A DNA stretch of 64,000 nucleotides from the human T2T-CHM13v2.0 reference genome, Homo sapiens, in assembly GCF_009914755.1 (NCBI RefSeq), contig NC_060927.1; one strand, written 5' to 3'. Of the stretch, positions 15,476 to 32,600 are shown piece by piece. A model generated the notes under the pieces. The model did not search any database. It was not told the origin of the DNA and worked only from the letters and a program-made list of their open reading frames with translations. Each line of letters begins with the position of its first letter. Position 1 is the stretch's first letter. Position numbers and translations under genes: made by a program.

Positions 15476-17644
15476 AAACAAAAAGCTGGTTCTCTGAAAA
15501 GATAAATAAAATTGATAGACCATTAAAAAGATTAATCAAGAAAAGAAGAGAGAAAATCCAAATAAGCTCAATTAGAAATGAAATGGGAGATACTACAATT
15601 GACACCACAGAAATACAAAAGATCATTCAAGGCTACTATGAACACCTTTACACACATAAACTAGAAAACCTAGAGGAGATGGATAAATTCCTGGAAAGAT
15701 ACAACCCACCTAGCTTGAATCAGGAAGAATTAGATACTCTGAACAGACCAATAACAAGCAGCAAGATTGAAACGGTAATAAAAAAAATCACCAACAAAAA
15801 AAGTCCAGGATCAGATTCACAGCTGATCCTGTGACATTTAAAGACATTTAAAGAAGAATGTCACTATTCCACAAGACACAGAAAGAGGAAATCCTCCCTA
15901 AAGCATTCTATGAAGCCAGTATCACCCTAATACCAAAACCAGGAAAGAACATAACCAAAAAAAAAAAAAAAAAAAAAAACCAAACTACAGACCAATATTC
16001 CAGATGAACATAGATGTAAAAATCCTTAACAAAATACTAGCTAATTGAATCCAACAACATATCAAAAAGATAATCCACCATGATCAAGTGGGTTTCATAC
16101 CAGGGATGCAGGGATGGTTTAACATATGCAAGTCAATAAATGTGATACATCACATAAACAGAATTAAAAACAAATCACATGATCATCTTAACAGACGCAG
16201 AAAAAGCACTTGACAAAATCCAGCATCCCTTTATGATTAAAACCCTCAGCAAAACTGGCATACAAGGGACATACCACAATGTAATAAAAGCCATCTATGA
16301 CAAACCCACAGCCAACACAATACTGAATGGGGAAAAGTTGAAAGCATTCCCTCTGACAACTGGAATAAGACAAGGATGCCCACTCTCACCACTCCTCTTC
16401 AACATAGTACTGGAAGTCCCATCCAGAGCAATCAGAGAAGAGAAAGAAAGAAAGGGCATCCAAGTCAGTAAAGAGGCAGTCAAACTGTTGCTGTTTGCTG
16501 ATGATATGATTGTATATCTAGAAAACCCTAAAGACTTCTCCAAAATGCTCCTAGAACTGATAAAAGAAGTCAGCAAAGTTTCAGGATACAAAACTAATGT
16601 ACACACATCAGTAGCCCTCCTATACACCAACAGCAACCAAGCTGAGAATCAAACAAAGAACTCAATTCCTTTGACAATAGCGGCAAAAGTATTTTGTTTT
16701 ATTAGAAAAATAAAATACTTAGGAACATACCTAACAAAGAAGGAGAAAGAACTCTACAAGGAAAACTACAAAACACTGCTGAAAGAAATCACAGACGAGG
16801 CAAACAAATGGAAACACATCCCATGCTCATGGATGGGTAGAATCAACATTGTGAAAATGACCATACTGCCAAAAGCAATCTACAAATTCAATGCAATTCC
16901 CATCAAAATACCACCATCATTCTTCACAGAACTAGAAAAAATAATCCTAAAATCCATATGGAACCAAAAAAGAGCCTGCATAGCCAATGCAAGATGAAGC
17001 GAAAAGAACAAATCTGGAGACATCACATTACCTGATTTCAAACTATACTATAAGGCTACTGTCACCAAAACAGCATGGTACTGGCATAAAAATAGGCATA
17101 TAGACCAATGGAACAGAATAGAGAACCCAGAAATAAACCCAAATACTTACAGCCGACTGATTTTCAACAAAGCAAACAAAAACATAAAGTGGGGGAAAAG
17201 ACACCCTATTCAACAAATGGTGCTGGGATAATTGGCAAGCCACACGTAGGAGAATAAAACTGGATCTGCATCTCTCACCTTATACAAAAATAAACTCAAG
17301 ATGGATCAAGAACTTAAATCTAAGACCTGAAACTATAAAAATTCTAGAAGATAACATCGGAAAACCCCTTGTAGACATTGGCTTAGGCAAGGATTTCATG
17401 ACCAAGAACCCAAAAGCAAATGCAATGAAAAGAAAGATAAATAGCTGGGACTTGATTAAATGAAAGAGCTTTTGCATGGCAAAGGGAAGAGTTAGCAGAG
17501 TAAACAGACAACCCACAGAGTGGGAGAAAATCTTCATAATCTATGCATCTGACAAAGGACTACTATCCAGAATCTACAATGAATTCAAACAAATAATCAA
17601 GAAAAAAAAAATCCTAACAAAAACTGGGCTAAAAACATGAAAAG

Positions 17645-17943
<299 letters not shown>

Positions 17944-19099
17944 CATGAATAGACAATTCTCAAAAGAAGATACACAAATGGCCAACAAACATATGAAAAA
18001 ATGCTCAAGATCACTAATGATCAGGGAATTCCAAGTCAAAACTGCTATGCCGTATGTACCACCCTACTTCCGCAAGAATGGCCATAATCAAAAAAATCAA
18101 AAAATAATAGCTGTTGGTGTGGATGCGGTGAAAAGGGAACACTTCTACATTACTGGTGGGACTGTAAACTAGTACACCACTATGGAAAACAGTGTGGAGA
18201 TTCCTTAGAGAACTAAAAGTAGAACTACCATTTGATCCAGTAATCCCACTACTGGGTATCTACCCAGAGGAAAAGAAGTCATTACACGAAAAAGATACTT
18301 GCCCATGCATATTTATAGCAGCACAATTCGCAATTGCAAAAATGTGGAGCCAACCCAAATGCCCATGAATCAATGAGTGGATAAAGAAACTGTGATATAT
18401 ATATATATATATATATATGTGGTATATATATATGTGATATATATATAATGATGGAATACTACTCAGCCATAAAAAGGAATGAATAAATGGCATTCGCAGA
18501 AACCTGGATGGGACTGGAGACTATTATTCTTATTCTAAATGAAGTAACTCAGGAATGGAAAACCAAACATCGTATGTTCTCACTCACAAGTGAGAGCTAA
18601 GCTTTGAGGATGCAAAGGCATAGGAATGACACAATGGACTTTCGGGACTCGGGGAAAGGTTGGGAAGGGGGAGAGGGATAAAAGACTACAAAATTAGGTT
18701 CAGTGTATACTGCTCGATGATGGGTACATCAAAATCTCACAAATCATCACTAAAGAACTTACTCATGTAACCAAACACCACCTGTTCCTCAAAAACCTAT
18801 GGAAATAATATGGAAATAAAAATTTATATATTTGTATAAATTATTTAAACATAATATAATTATATATCTATATATCCTTTATAAATGAGAGTTCATTTCC
18901 AGCCTAAAATGAGTACAACATACAAACCCACGAGTCTGGCTCTCCATTGTGCTTTAAAGCATAGTGCACCAGAATATGAAATAGCTGGACAATTCCACAA
19001 AGGATTTCGACTAAACATTAAGTCGTCAGAGACTCAATTAACATACTGCTCCATATTTGCTTAATTACCTTAAACCAGTACCCTGGGTGTGGAAAGGGA

Positions 19100-20400
<1,301 letters not shown>

Positions 20401-22069
20401 TGGAGGGTTCTCATCACCTGGTTTTTGTTTTTCTTAAAAACAAAACCAGACCCTCTATTATTTAGCTTCACCTGACCAGTGCTTTAGCCAGTGACTGTTG
20501 ACTGGCATTAATAACGGAATATCCTAGGTGGAGATACATGAAGTAAGGACGGGACGGAAGAAATTCTGCCTTAGTTGCCAAAACTTTCTCTGGATTTACG
20601 GAACGCCTTTGATTGTTAGTGCTTTTTATTGGAGAGAAAGATTTATTGCTCCCAGATCTTTCTTTGGGAGATAAAGATAGTGAAAAATAATTACAGGAAT
20701 TACAAGGCAAAAATATGTGGAATATATTTAGCGCGTTATCCTTTTTTTAGTCTAGAAGTTAATCATTTTTATGGCCATATTAAGGCCATGTCACGCAATC
20801 ATCCTTTGTAGTGATGTATATAACAAAAGGGATAGGAAATTGATTGCCCTAAGACTGCTTTTGTTTCCTACATGGAAACACTAAAATTTTTCTTTTTCCA
20901 AATTTATATGGCTGTACACTTAGGAAAACTCTGTTAGAAACATGCAAACTTCTGGAACAAACCCAAAGGGCAGTTTACACTATGAAAAGACTAACTACAC
21001 AGGATTTTTGTTTGTTTGTTTGTATGTGTGAATGTGTAATTAATAAATGACAGCCTTCCTAACCTCTCCTCCTGCTTTTGAAATAGGATTTTATTTACAT
21101 GATTTTTTGAAAACAATTGACATATAAACAAAGTCCACCTATGTCTGTGGTTGAGCCATTTTTATGTTCTTATGTAATAGTATTAAATAATATTATGAAA
21201 GCAATATTAATAATATTGTTAAAGTACACCATGGACACAACTTTGAGCAGTCTTTGAGATGTAAAGAAACAGAATATACATCTACAACGTCACAAAAATA
21301 GGGTCTGTGGATTATGTAAAATTATTTAGTATTGCTGGAGTGGGTTGCCTGAGTTCTCTTCCCTCAAAAGTTCTGAGAGAGGAAGGGGAGAAGATTGTGT
21401 TGTACTAAAATGAGTAAGTGCTGGCTCCATGTATTCCAGCTCACTGTGCAATGGTTATTTTAAAGCAAACAGAAAGTATGTCAAGAAAGGAAATTTGATA
21501 TTCCTGTCAAACTGAGGACAGAAAAATATCAGTGGAATATGGTTGAGCAAGTATTTGTGCATTGTGTATATTTAGGATTATTGCATGACATATCTCAAAC
21601 AAAAGAGAGTTTTAATTTATGATAGTTGTATAGCCTATTTAGTAGTACCAGGTGAAATACCTTGATATTCTTTGTCAGTTTTTTATTTTATAACATAATT
21701 GAGATGAGAGACTTGGCTTTGGGGGGGTAGGGTGGAAATTAAATATGCATATTTTCCCCATATATAAATTAGAAATTTTTAAAACAAGTGAGCTAAAATG
21801 GGAATTTTCTGTTTCAGGTATGTCTAAACAACTTCTTGAGTTAGATTTGGAAAAATAGCATAATTCTTACGCATACTTATGGGGTACATTTACATTTAAA
21901 AAGTAACTTTGAGTTATAGGAATATTCTTTTGATTACGTGTTTGTATTCGCTAATATTGTTAGACTTTTTAAAATGTTACCTAAACCAGTCTAAAAGTGA
22001 ACAATTTCCTGAAGTAGCTATGACTTCCACCATTACACTGGAGCCTTCCTCAGACCAAATGTTAAACAT

Positions 22070-22285
22070 TCACTAAAGCAGCTATTGGGGTCGAGTGTTC
22101 ATGCTTTTCATAGAGGATTTCATTTAAACCCCACAACCCCATGAGCCAGATCTGTTGTTGTCCTCAATTTGTAGATGAGGAAAATGAGGCTTAGCAAAAT
22201 TTTAAAATTACTTTGCCCAAGGTTACATTGGTTAGATAATAGTAGAACTGGCATTTATCTTGAGCCTGCACTCCTAACCACTACG
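22070..22285. mobile_element. MIR
   Basis: ttgtagatgaggaaaatgaggcttag...ctttgcccaaggttaca MIR core. Confidence 0.65.
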
Positions 22286-23574
22286 TTATATAGATCTGGT
22301 TGTAGGTGAATGAGTGAACATCATTTGTGTCAGAAAAGACACATCCATATTTGGACTTACTAGTTGAAATTACATTTTCTTTGTATGGATGCTTTATAAA
22401 CCTTGATTTCTGTGTATTACATTTGTTCAATGAAGGGTAAAAAGCAAGCATGGTACTTCAGTAGCACCAGAGTAAATCAACTCTAGAGTATCTATGGTGT
22501 TCTAGAGTGTCTCATTCTTTTCATGTAGCATTCTTGTTGTACATATGCAAAATGTTCATAACATATTCTTCTTAGGAAAAATTGAGGAATTCCTAAAGCA
22601 AAAATTGTGGAGATGAGATGGATATGTGTATGTTAGTGGATGGGTGGCCCTTTGAAAGATGTGTACAGATTAAAGAGTACAATAAATGTAGGAAAGAGAA
22701 AAGAAAAAGATTTATAGTTTGTGATAGCTGGCTTTTATGTAAGTAAGTTCGGTAGATTTAGGCAACTGCTGATCTAGGTAGTGGCCACTTAGTAATGGCT
22801 GTTAGTGATCTTCATAGTGGGTGAGGATCATCTCAGAGGTAACATTGAATCCTTTCTTTGTAAAGGAAAACCTTAATTGAAAGTTACTGTGCCAGCAATA
22901 TATAAAGTGAAGTCTAGGACCCCCAGATAAAATTCTCAGAAAGTATACTCATGTTCTTTCTAGAGATAGAAAGCTATATAAATTCAGAGGTAAAACTTAA
23001 TTGAAACAAGAGCTGACTATAAATATGTTGTTTTATGAAAAATTAAGTAGTGATTCTTACAGCCATGGCTTTGTCCTCTCTCATTGAGAATTAGTGTCAT
23101 AATGAGCCTCTTTTATTTGTAGGCACCTATGGTGTCCCTCAGGTCTGTTAACAGGAGAAAGGGTAAATAAGTTTATTTAGAAAACACCTAAACTAAGTGT
23201 AGTTCATGTTAATTTTCCTCTAAAAAAAAAAAACTTGTTGAGTAGATGGTAGCTTTTAGTATATATTTGTAAATATAAACCTGCATAAACTGTTTGATTT
23301 GCTGATGATCATTAATCAGTTCATGTGGAGGAAAGAAAGTATGAAATGATTCAGTCCCTGCCAACTCTCCATGGAGAGTATTTTCAGGAAATCTGATGTG
23401 CGGTAAATGAGTTAGAAGCCCCTTCTTGAAATTTCAGCATGGGGTTAGGGGGAGGGATGGAGAGAGCAGGTTTTCACCTTTATCAGTGGGCTCAGCCTAG
23501 TCTCAGTGTCCTGTGTCACCTTTGTGGTAAGATTTGCTGTGTTGTAAGGAAAAATGTTTTGATGACTGTATTTC

Positions 23575-23859
23575 TTTTTTTTTTTTTTTGAGATGGAGTT
23601 TCTCTTGTTGCACAGGCTGGAGTGCAGTGCAACCTCCGCCTCCCGGGTTCCAGCGATTCTCCGGCCTCAGCCTCAGCCTCCTGAGTGGCTGGGATTACAG
23701 GTGCCCACCACCACGCCCGGCTAATTTTTTTGTATTTTTAGTAGAGACAGGGTTTCACCATGTTGGCCAGGCTGGTCTCAAACTCCCGACCTCGAGTGAT
23801 CCACCCGCCTCGGCTTCCCAAAGTGCTGGGATTATAGGCGTGGGCCACCGTGCCTGGCC
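23575..23859 (-). mobile_element. AluS with small internal deletion/duplication
   Basis: Minus-strand Alu flanked by tgatgactg on both sides. Confidence 0.92.
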
Positions 23860-26548
23860 TGATGACTGACTTTCTCCATAAGCTTTGTGTACCTTTGGGC
23901 TAAGGATGCTTTAAAAATGTGCAACAACTCCAGAGAGAAGCCAGAGTCAGAAGAAAAAAGTGCAGCATTTCTGAGAGAAGTAATATTAAGCTGCTGTTTT
24001 TTAAACACCTTATTTATATATAATGGGCCTTTAAAATTTTTTTACTTATTTGAGAAGAGATTTTGAAGTCTGGTATTAGAGAGGATGGTGGTGGGAAGAA
24101 ACAAAAAATGCAGAGTACTGAGTATTGGTGTGAAGTGTTATGTTGACAATGGGGCACCTAATGTAAGGAGGTATGTGCTGTGAGGAAAAAACTTTGCAGA
24201 AATGAGAGGTAAAGAGGGTATTGTAGGCAGCATTCTATAAACACTTCACAAATCATCATAGACATAGCATTTATGTACTTTATATAGGAAAGCTTTTCAA
24301 ATAACCAAAGTTTTACAATGTAATAGTTGAAAAACATTGCCATGGCGAACGGTTCAGGGATACTTTAACAACAGCAACGAAAGACTCAAATTGCGAAAAT
24401 CTTAGTGGATAATTTATCTCTAACAGACTAGTAATTCAGCAGCTAGCTGCCTGGTAGTTCTATGATACTGGTAATTCTTTATAGTGATCACGCAACTTTG
24501 CTGCTCTTTTTCTGTAAGTCACAATCAAACTATACTTATCAAGCTGTTAATTGTGTTAAGGCACTGTGAAAGTGCTTTATCAAGAAAGTACTGAGTACAT
24601 CCCTATCCTTTAGGAGAATATTCTTTAATGGAGATGCTCTCTTGTGCTCTAGCGAGGAGAAGTAAGGAAACAAAAGTATGTTTGTATTAAATATATCTGT
24701 CTGAAGGGAAGAAGCAAGTGCTCAATTTAACTTAAATGGCCTATATGTGATTTGGAGAATGGGATATTACGTGTACAGGGTCAGTCTTTTATCTGGGCAG
24801 TTAAAAAAAATGTAACCCAAGCCAGACTCCTAGCTATACCTTGTATATAGACTTGGAGGAAGAGTGTGAAAAGATTAAATTTTATTATATAGGTATTATC
24901 GTAACCTAATAATTCCTCTTCTACCTTGCTGCCAGTGCTCTAAATATCTTCTTCATTGCTAACTCTTCCAAATTTAATGATACTGAGAAATTTAAGATTT
25001 AAGATCAATAGTTGAATAGGTAATGAGGATTTCAAAAGTTATCACTAAGATGTGATTAACTAATGACTTTTAGGAGCCTAGATGAATGATAAGGACTAAA
25101 AGAATTCCAGCACTGTATCAATATAGTCATGAGACTCAGTAGATTTCTTTGGATGCCAAAGCTTTGTTATGTATAAAGTGGGGGTGACTGGCACTGTTAT
25201 TAATAGCTTCTGTTAATTTTTAAACATATGTTTTTCTAGATTAACATATTGGCCAGTAATATATTTTTCTAGTTTTATAAATATGTATAATTCAAATGTA
25301 TATGAGATTAAATTTAAGCAACACAATAAATCCTTTCTGAGACTGTGTTGCAACAACCTGATATAAACTAAGTTTTAAACAACTTACAGCAGCATTGTGA
25401 ATGGGATCTCATGTCATTTATCAGACTCTAACTACAAAATAAACATTGCTTTTGACTATTTTTCTAATAGAGTTAAGAATATGCTGTTTATAATTTTTAT
25501 CAACTGATTTACTATGAAAAAATCAGCATTACCTTCTGTGCTATAGTGTAATTTTTTCAGGCAGCAGTGTGAATCTTTGCTCTTTTGCCAAATGATATTC
25601 ATTATTATTAATGGTCCTCATTAAGATTCATAAGCAACTAAGAAATTATGGTAATAATTGTCTTTTTACAAAAATGTTCAAAGTGTTATAAACAGTTTAG
25701 CCTACCATGTTTTTTAGTATCTTTAATTTTGAAGGTTTCATTTACAATAATATGGTTATAAATACATTGGGGTCTGTAATACGAGTTTTGCACATTTGAT
25801 AAAGCTACATTTTAAATCATTTTCACTGTAAAAAGTCTGCATGGGTTTTTTTTTTTTTTCCTTTTTAGAATTTGGTTCAAGCTAATTTGAAGTTTGATGT
25901 CAGTTAACATTTTTATCAGTATTGTCATTTATATTTCCAGATCCAGCAACTGAACTTGATCATGTCTTTTTATTTTTTCACATCATCATTCTTTTTCCTC
26001 TTAATAAAACTTTCTGTTTTAAGCATCATTGGTAATATTTCAGTTAGAATGTTGCAATTGCCACACTCAGGTTTGTTACAGAAACTTGGTTTGAAAAGCT
26101 TTACAAATTTTTTGACATTAAATTCTCTCACACTTCACAACTAACTTCAAATTTGGTTAATATAAAATTAAACTGAACAACATTGATACTCTCTTTGCCA
26201 TAAAATCAAACGAGATGCTAATGAGGAAGAGGTGGAATCACCTGTTCTTAATCAGTATTGTAACATTTCTCCATTGTATTTCTCAAGGGTTTATTACAGT
26301 TGGCCAGAGTAAATTTGTTGCTAAGGATCTATGGGATCACTCTGGTATTTTGTATACTAGTTCATTTTTTTTAAATTGCTGGTTAGGACTCACTAAATTG
26401 ATTTTATGACTGTTAATGGGTTGCAACCTGCAGTTTGGAAAACATTGGTTTGGAATGATCATTGGCTGAGCCGCAGAGAGGCACAAGATGAATTCAGAAT
26501 GTTAACAAGGTCTAACTAAGTCCTATAGGGCTTTGTAGGCCACAGTAG

Positions 26549-26921
<373 letters not shown>

Positions 26922-26992
26922 TTGTGTTTTGAATTTTTAACCGATAACTCTAGCTGTGGAGTGCAGAGTGGATTGAAGGGGTGGGGCTAGAG

Positions 26993-27312
26993 CAGGAGTG
27001 AGCAAACTATGGGCCACAGACCATATCTGCCTGTTCTGTGAGGTCTTGGAGCTAAAACTGGTTTTTTACATTTTATATTTCAAATGGTTAAAAAAAATTT
27101 CGTAACACATGAAAAGTCTATAAAATTCAAATTTCAGTGTCCATAAACAAAATTTTCTTAGAACACATCCACTATCATTTGTTTACATATGGTCTGTGGC
27201 TGCTTTTGTGTTGAAAGGGCAGAGTTGAGTAGCTGTGACTGAGAGTGCATGGCCCACAAAGCTTAAAATATTTACTCTCTAACCCTTTTTCAGAAAACTT
27301 TGTTGACCCCTG
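26993..27312. mobile_element. MER58-like hAT DNA transposon
   Basis: Terminal inverted repeat-like ends caggagtgagcaaact / tttgttgacccctg; internal tggcccacaaagcttaaaatatttact. Confidence 0.7.
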
Positions 27313-28468
27313 TGCTACAGTATAAAGTATTAGTAAGTAATATAAGTTGCAATAGGGAAAAGAGTAAACAAGGAAGGGGGTGAGTGTGGGCTCAGTGGAG
27401 TCAGGGAAGTGAAAAATTACAAAATACGGGGCTTGGGGAGTTGGTCCATGTGAATCCCACCTGAGTTTGCTAAAGGCACTTAAGGAGTTAGGCTCCTACC
27501 CTCCCTGGAGGCTGAGAGATAGGGGCCCTGTCTTCAGGTGTTGGCTGGAACAAAAGTAAATTTTTATGTCAGCTTTGAGTTTTCTCGGGCAGGCATTTTA
27601 AGAGGGGCTAGGGTCATCCTAGGGATCCGGCCTTCAGCTGTTAGAAACACTTAAGTGTTTTGTTCAAGTTTATATGGGCCAAGGTGGAGGCCTTGTGGAG
27701 AAGGGCTCAGAAAAGCCTGACTAGAGTTTGGTTAAGGAGAGAATCTTGGTCAGCAGCTGTGTTAGTTAAGAGGCTATTGCAGAGTCCAGGAGGAAGATCA
27801 TGGGGGTTTGGACTGTGGGTAGCAGTATACATGGAGACAAGTAGATGATTATGGGAGATATTTTAGAGAGGGGGCTAAGAAGACGTGCTGTTGAATTGGT
27901 ATACTCCCTGTGGAATTGATTGAAAATGGTTTCTTTTTCCTTGACTGAAAAAGACTACCATCTAGCCAAAAAAGTAAACAGATTATGTTGCACTTCCTTC
28001 TATGTGTTATATTTTAAAAGACAAAAGATGTAACTCTTGAAAGCAACTTCGTTATAAAATGAATGGCATTTATATATTTGTCTGTCATACACAGGCATTT
28101 TGAATTGTAATCCTTGTTCTATAACTAGCTACTTGCTGTCTATTTTAAGTTTTCTAACCTCTTTTTACATATATACTCATCCTAAAAATTAAGAGTGTTC
28201 TGGTCTTTTTTTTTTTTTGACATAGTGCATTGTTTTAAATGAATTGCAAATATAAACTTCTCTGAAATGCTTAGCAACCACTCTAGGTTTCCTGTAGGTT
28301 CTGTGACTATAATGTGATTTTTCATTTGCATGACTGTGTTAGCTGTAGCAGGGTGGAACCTTTTATTTTTAGGGATGAAAATTATTTATTTGGTTTTGAT
28401 TTTTAGGGATTTTCTTTCTTTCTTGTATAGCTCCTTGACTACAATAGAAATAATCTTTAAAACCTTAG

Positions 28469-28768
28469 GGCTGGGCACGGTGGCTTATGACTGTAATCTC
28501 AGCACTTTGGGAGGCCAAGGCGGGCAGATCACTTGAGGTCAGGAGTTCGAGACCAGGCTAGCCAACATGGTGAAACCACATCTCTACTAAAAATACAAAA
28601 ATTAGCCGGGCGTGGTGGCAGCTGCCTGTAATCCCAGCTACTCAGGAGGCTGAGGCAGGAGAATCGCTTGAACCCAGGAGGCAGAGGTTGCAGTGAGCCA
28701 AATGGTGCCATTGTACTCCTCCAGCCTGGGTGACAGAGTGAGTCTCTGTCTTAAAAACAAAACAAAAA
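28469..28768 (+). mobile_element. AluS
   Basis: Full Alu dimer. Confidence 0.95.
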
Positions 28769-29894
28769 CTTTAAAGCTGGAATATATGATATTTGTAATG
28801 TACTTTCCTTTTTAACAGCAATCTAAACTTTTAAACATGTAGCAGTTATTTTTGTCTATTTGCTATACCTGAAATTTATAAAATGTCATAAGGATTTATT
28901 TGTGTAGCTCTTCCTACGTTTCTGTCTCTAGCAATATGGTTGATTAGATAATCTGAAAACCTTTCTTCTTCAAATCACCTAGAAATTATAGCTAAAATAT
29001 AATGAACATCCAGTTAAATGAACAGCTGAGCTTTCAAGAAAGTAGGGGAAACAACCAAGATACAAAAGTGAAGAAAAAACTGAAAAACAGGAGTTTGTGA
29101 GCTGACACTATGGCTGCTCCATGGGTGGGGATAAGAGTTACTGTTCTGGGCATTGCAGGGATTTGAGTCTTAATGCCCATATGAGAACAGGTTACAAGGC
29201 CTGGAGACTGTACAAAGTGAGGAGTTGGATTCAACATCTAAGCATAAAACCAGGATTCTTAAAGGACTGTACCTTCAGCAAAGAGGTAGATGAGGAGAAA
29301 AACCAATCTACCAGCACATGGAGACTTCAAAGAAGCTTGTTTGTGTTATTGTGGGCTCTGAATAAGGCTAAAAATAAGACTCCTTTAAGAATACATAACC
29401 ATGGTCCTGCCTCTTGTTGTCTTGGGGTTCAAATTAATACTACTTTCAGATAATTAAACTGTCATACAGCGACTACAAAATAATTATGTTTAAAATGATG
29501 AGAAAGTTAAAATAAGGAAATGAAAACATAAGAAAATAAGAGAGTTGGAAAGAAATCTGGTAAAACTTATGCAAATAAAAAATACAGTCATTAAATTTTT
29601 AAGAAATCAGTGAATGGGTTAAAGGAGGAATGTGAATGGAAGCTAAAGGAGAAATAAGTGAGTGGAAGAAATATGTGAAGAAATTACCCAGAATGCAGGA
29701 AAGAGAGAGGAAAAAAAGAAAAAACAGGAAATCTTGAGAGACACAGATGTTGAAATGGGAAGGTCTAACTTAATGTCTAATGGAAGTTGACAAGAGAAAA
29801 AGCAATATGGAGATGAAGCAATATTTGAAGAGAGAATGGCTGAAAATACTGAAGAATTAATGAAGGGTAGAAGTCCTTAGATTTAGAAAGCCTA

Positions 29895-30037
29895 GGCCAG
29901 ATGTGGTGGCTCATGCCTATAATCCCAGCACTTTTGGAGGCCGAGGCGAGAGGATTGCTTGAGGCCAGGAATTTGAGACAAGCCTGGGCAACATAGCGAG
30001 ACCTCATCTCTATAAAAAATAAAAATAAAAAAAAAAA
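29895..30037 (+). mobile_element. FLAM/Alu monomer with TSD
   Basis: Single arm with A tail; gaaagccta on both sides; sits in A-rich decayed L1-like sequence. Confidence 0.85.
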
Positions 30038-31592
30038 TTGAAAGCCTAATGAGTCCTAAGCAGAATAAATAAAAAATTACTTTTCACCTGGACACATCAC
30101 GATAACAAAGTATAGCAGAATTTTTATGTGTAGCATTCTACTACTAAGATGTTGAAATAGAGTCACCTGAAATAAGATTTTAAATGTCACTTTCCAGTAA
30201 TAGCGATAAATTTTCACTGGTCTATCTTTGGTCACTATTGGTTCAACTTGTGACTTAGAGTATCACTTTGTGAAGTGTCTGTCTGATAAGGTTTTCCCAG
30301 GGAGCATTTGTGTCTAACTATTAACTACTAGTACTATGGGGAAAATATTTCTTTTTGTGACTAGTTTTCTTCTTGAGGGACCTAAGGAAATACATTGTCA
30401 AGAAAACTATCACCCAGCTTCCTTCAAAAGAAGTTGTATGTGTGAGGCAGGGAGTTTAAGGCCATAGATTAAAAATAGTAGCAAATTTACTTGAAATTTT
30501 AATAAATAAAATATGTTACCTGTCTTTCTTACTCACTTATTTAGCCCAGTTTCAGTATTTTCTTTTTCTGTATCATGAAATCATTTCTTTTTCTATTTTC
30601 TATGCTGATTGTTCTTTCCCTGTTTATTTATAGACTTCTAATGAGCAACTGTATTTGCACATCACGTAAAATGACTTATTTATCTATTGTTTAACAAGTC
30701 AAATGAAACAAAACAAGCAAAACCCACCTTGGCTTTTTTTCTCTATTTAATTAGCATTTCTCTTGATTTATTCCCCATATTCCTGTACCATCTGGTCAGC
30801 AGACAAATACAGTGGGGCCTTGCTGAAAATAATTACTGCTGTAATTGTTGTCATTTCCTCACATGGGACAACTGTTTTGTTGTGGGCTACAGTCACACAG
30901 AAGGCAATTTGCCTGCTCCTAACAGGTCAGGCACTAATCCTAGTCCTGCCTTAAGAGTTTTGTGAACTGAATGTTCCCTGGCCATTTAATCTAATCAGCT
31001 TCATTAATGAGATGGTGTGTGTGTGTGTGTGTTGGGAGGGTGGGAAGTAGGGAAGAGGATTTTCAGACATCTTTCCCTTTACTATACATATCCTTGAATA
31101 TATATGTATTTATACTGCTTTTCCAAAGTGTTTTCTCCTGTAAAACCTCTTTATAATATCCTCTGCTTATTACTAGATCTCATTTTTAACTCTATGTTAT
31201 GTAAGTAAATATCTATGTATATTTGAGGTATAAAACTTAATTCTTTAAGCTTTTTCCATCTAATTTTTCTAGTGTCCAGTCTGTGCCTTTGGGCATCCTT
31301 TATTAAATTGCTTTAAATATCTTCCAAAAGTTTCTCCTCTTATGATCATTCAGTTATTAATTTTAAACTAATAATTTTTATTTTATTCTGTACATTTAAA
31401 AATTTTCTACTTTTTATGTCTGCTGCTGATGTACGTATTATTTTATTAAGGTATAAATTTTCATCAAGGAAATGTTCACATTCTCTGTGTACATTTTCTT
31501 ATACAAAAATGAGTTTAGGCTTTTAATCTTTTAATTCAACAAGCTAAGTTTTTCTTTACAGTCATCCTTACTTGATATGTCACGGATATTAA

Positions 31593-31781
<189 letters not shown>

Positions 31782-32563
31782 TAGATAATTTAATCCAGTT
31801 AACTTCTAAGTGCTGTTAGATATGCCATGCTTTCTTCCCTTCTTGTTTTCTTTCTTCTTTTTCCTCCTCTTCTTCCTTTCTTTTTCTTTCTTTGTCTCTC
31901 TTACTCTCCTTCTGTCTTTCATCTTTTATTTGGTTTTGAGGCACTAAAAGTTTTAAAAACAAACCAAAAAAAACTTTTTGAAAAGTATAATATTTTGAAT
32001 TGATTTATCTTTTTCCTCCCAAATGTCATTTTCCCCACATGACTTATTAAAGATGACTTTGTTTTCATTACCTATGTTAACACTATTTATATTATATATC
32101 TAAAATAGTACAAATACTCTGGAAGTGTCAGAGGAATAGTTTTTTTTCTGGCCCATATTAGTTACAGACACATCAACAAAATGTTCCTGCCTCAAAACAG
32201 TTTTCAGTTTGACTTTGGTTTTATTAAATTTTATTTTTTTGTTTGAAACTTAATGTTTGTTTTTATCTAAAGATGAATGATTTTTATCCATCTATAAAAG
32301 GTAGACCTTCCTACTTCATATCAGTTTGGGTAGAAAAACAGGCATGTGTGTAAGTCTTGAATGAATTCAGTCTAGAGATTCTGAAGGGAATTTGATAATA
32401 TTTTCCTTTCCTTTTTGGTTTGCTTATGATGGGACTTGGCACATTAATTCTACCTCTTTTTTTTTTTTTCTTAATGAGGCACATTTTTTTTGAGTGACAT
32501 CAGGAGACATTCACAGCAGATTTTCTGAATATAAGTAGGGTAATTCTATGTACATTGCTATTT

Positions 32564-32567
32564 TATA

Positions 32568-32600
<33 letters not shown>
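32564..32600. repeat. (TA)n(TATG)n microsatellite
   Basis: Directly visible. Confidence 0.9.

Noticed and set aside
13216-16997. ORFs with endonuclease and reverse transcriptase motifs, suggestive of a novel RT system
   Set aside because: Ordinary LINE-1 ORF1/ORF2 remnants broken by stops, frameshifts and Alu insertions
27315-27755. Possible ancient LTR fragment
   Set aside because: Looks repeat-like, but I cannot assign family or termini from the sequence alone
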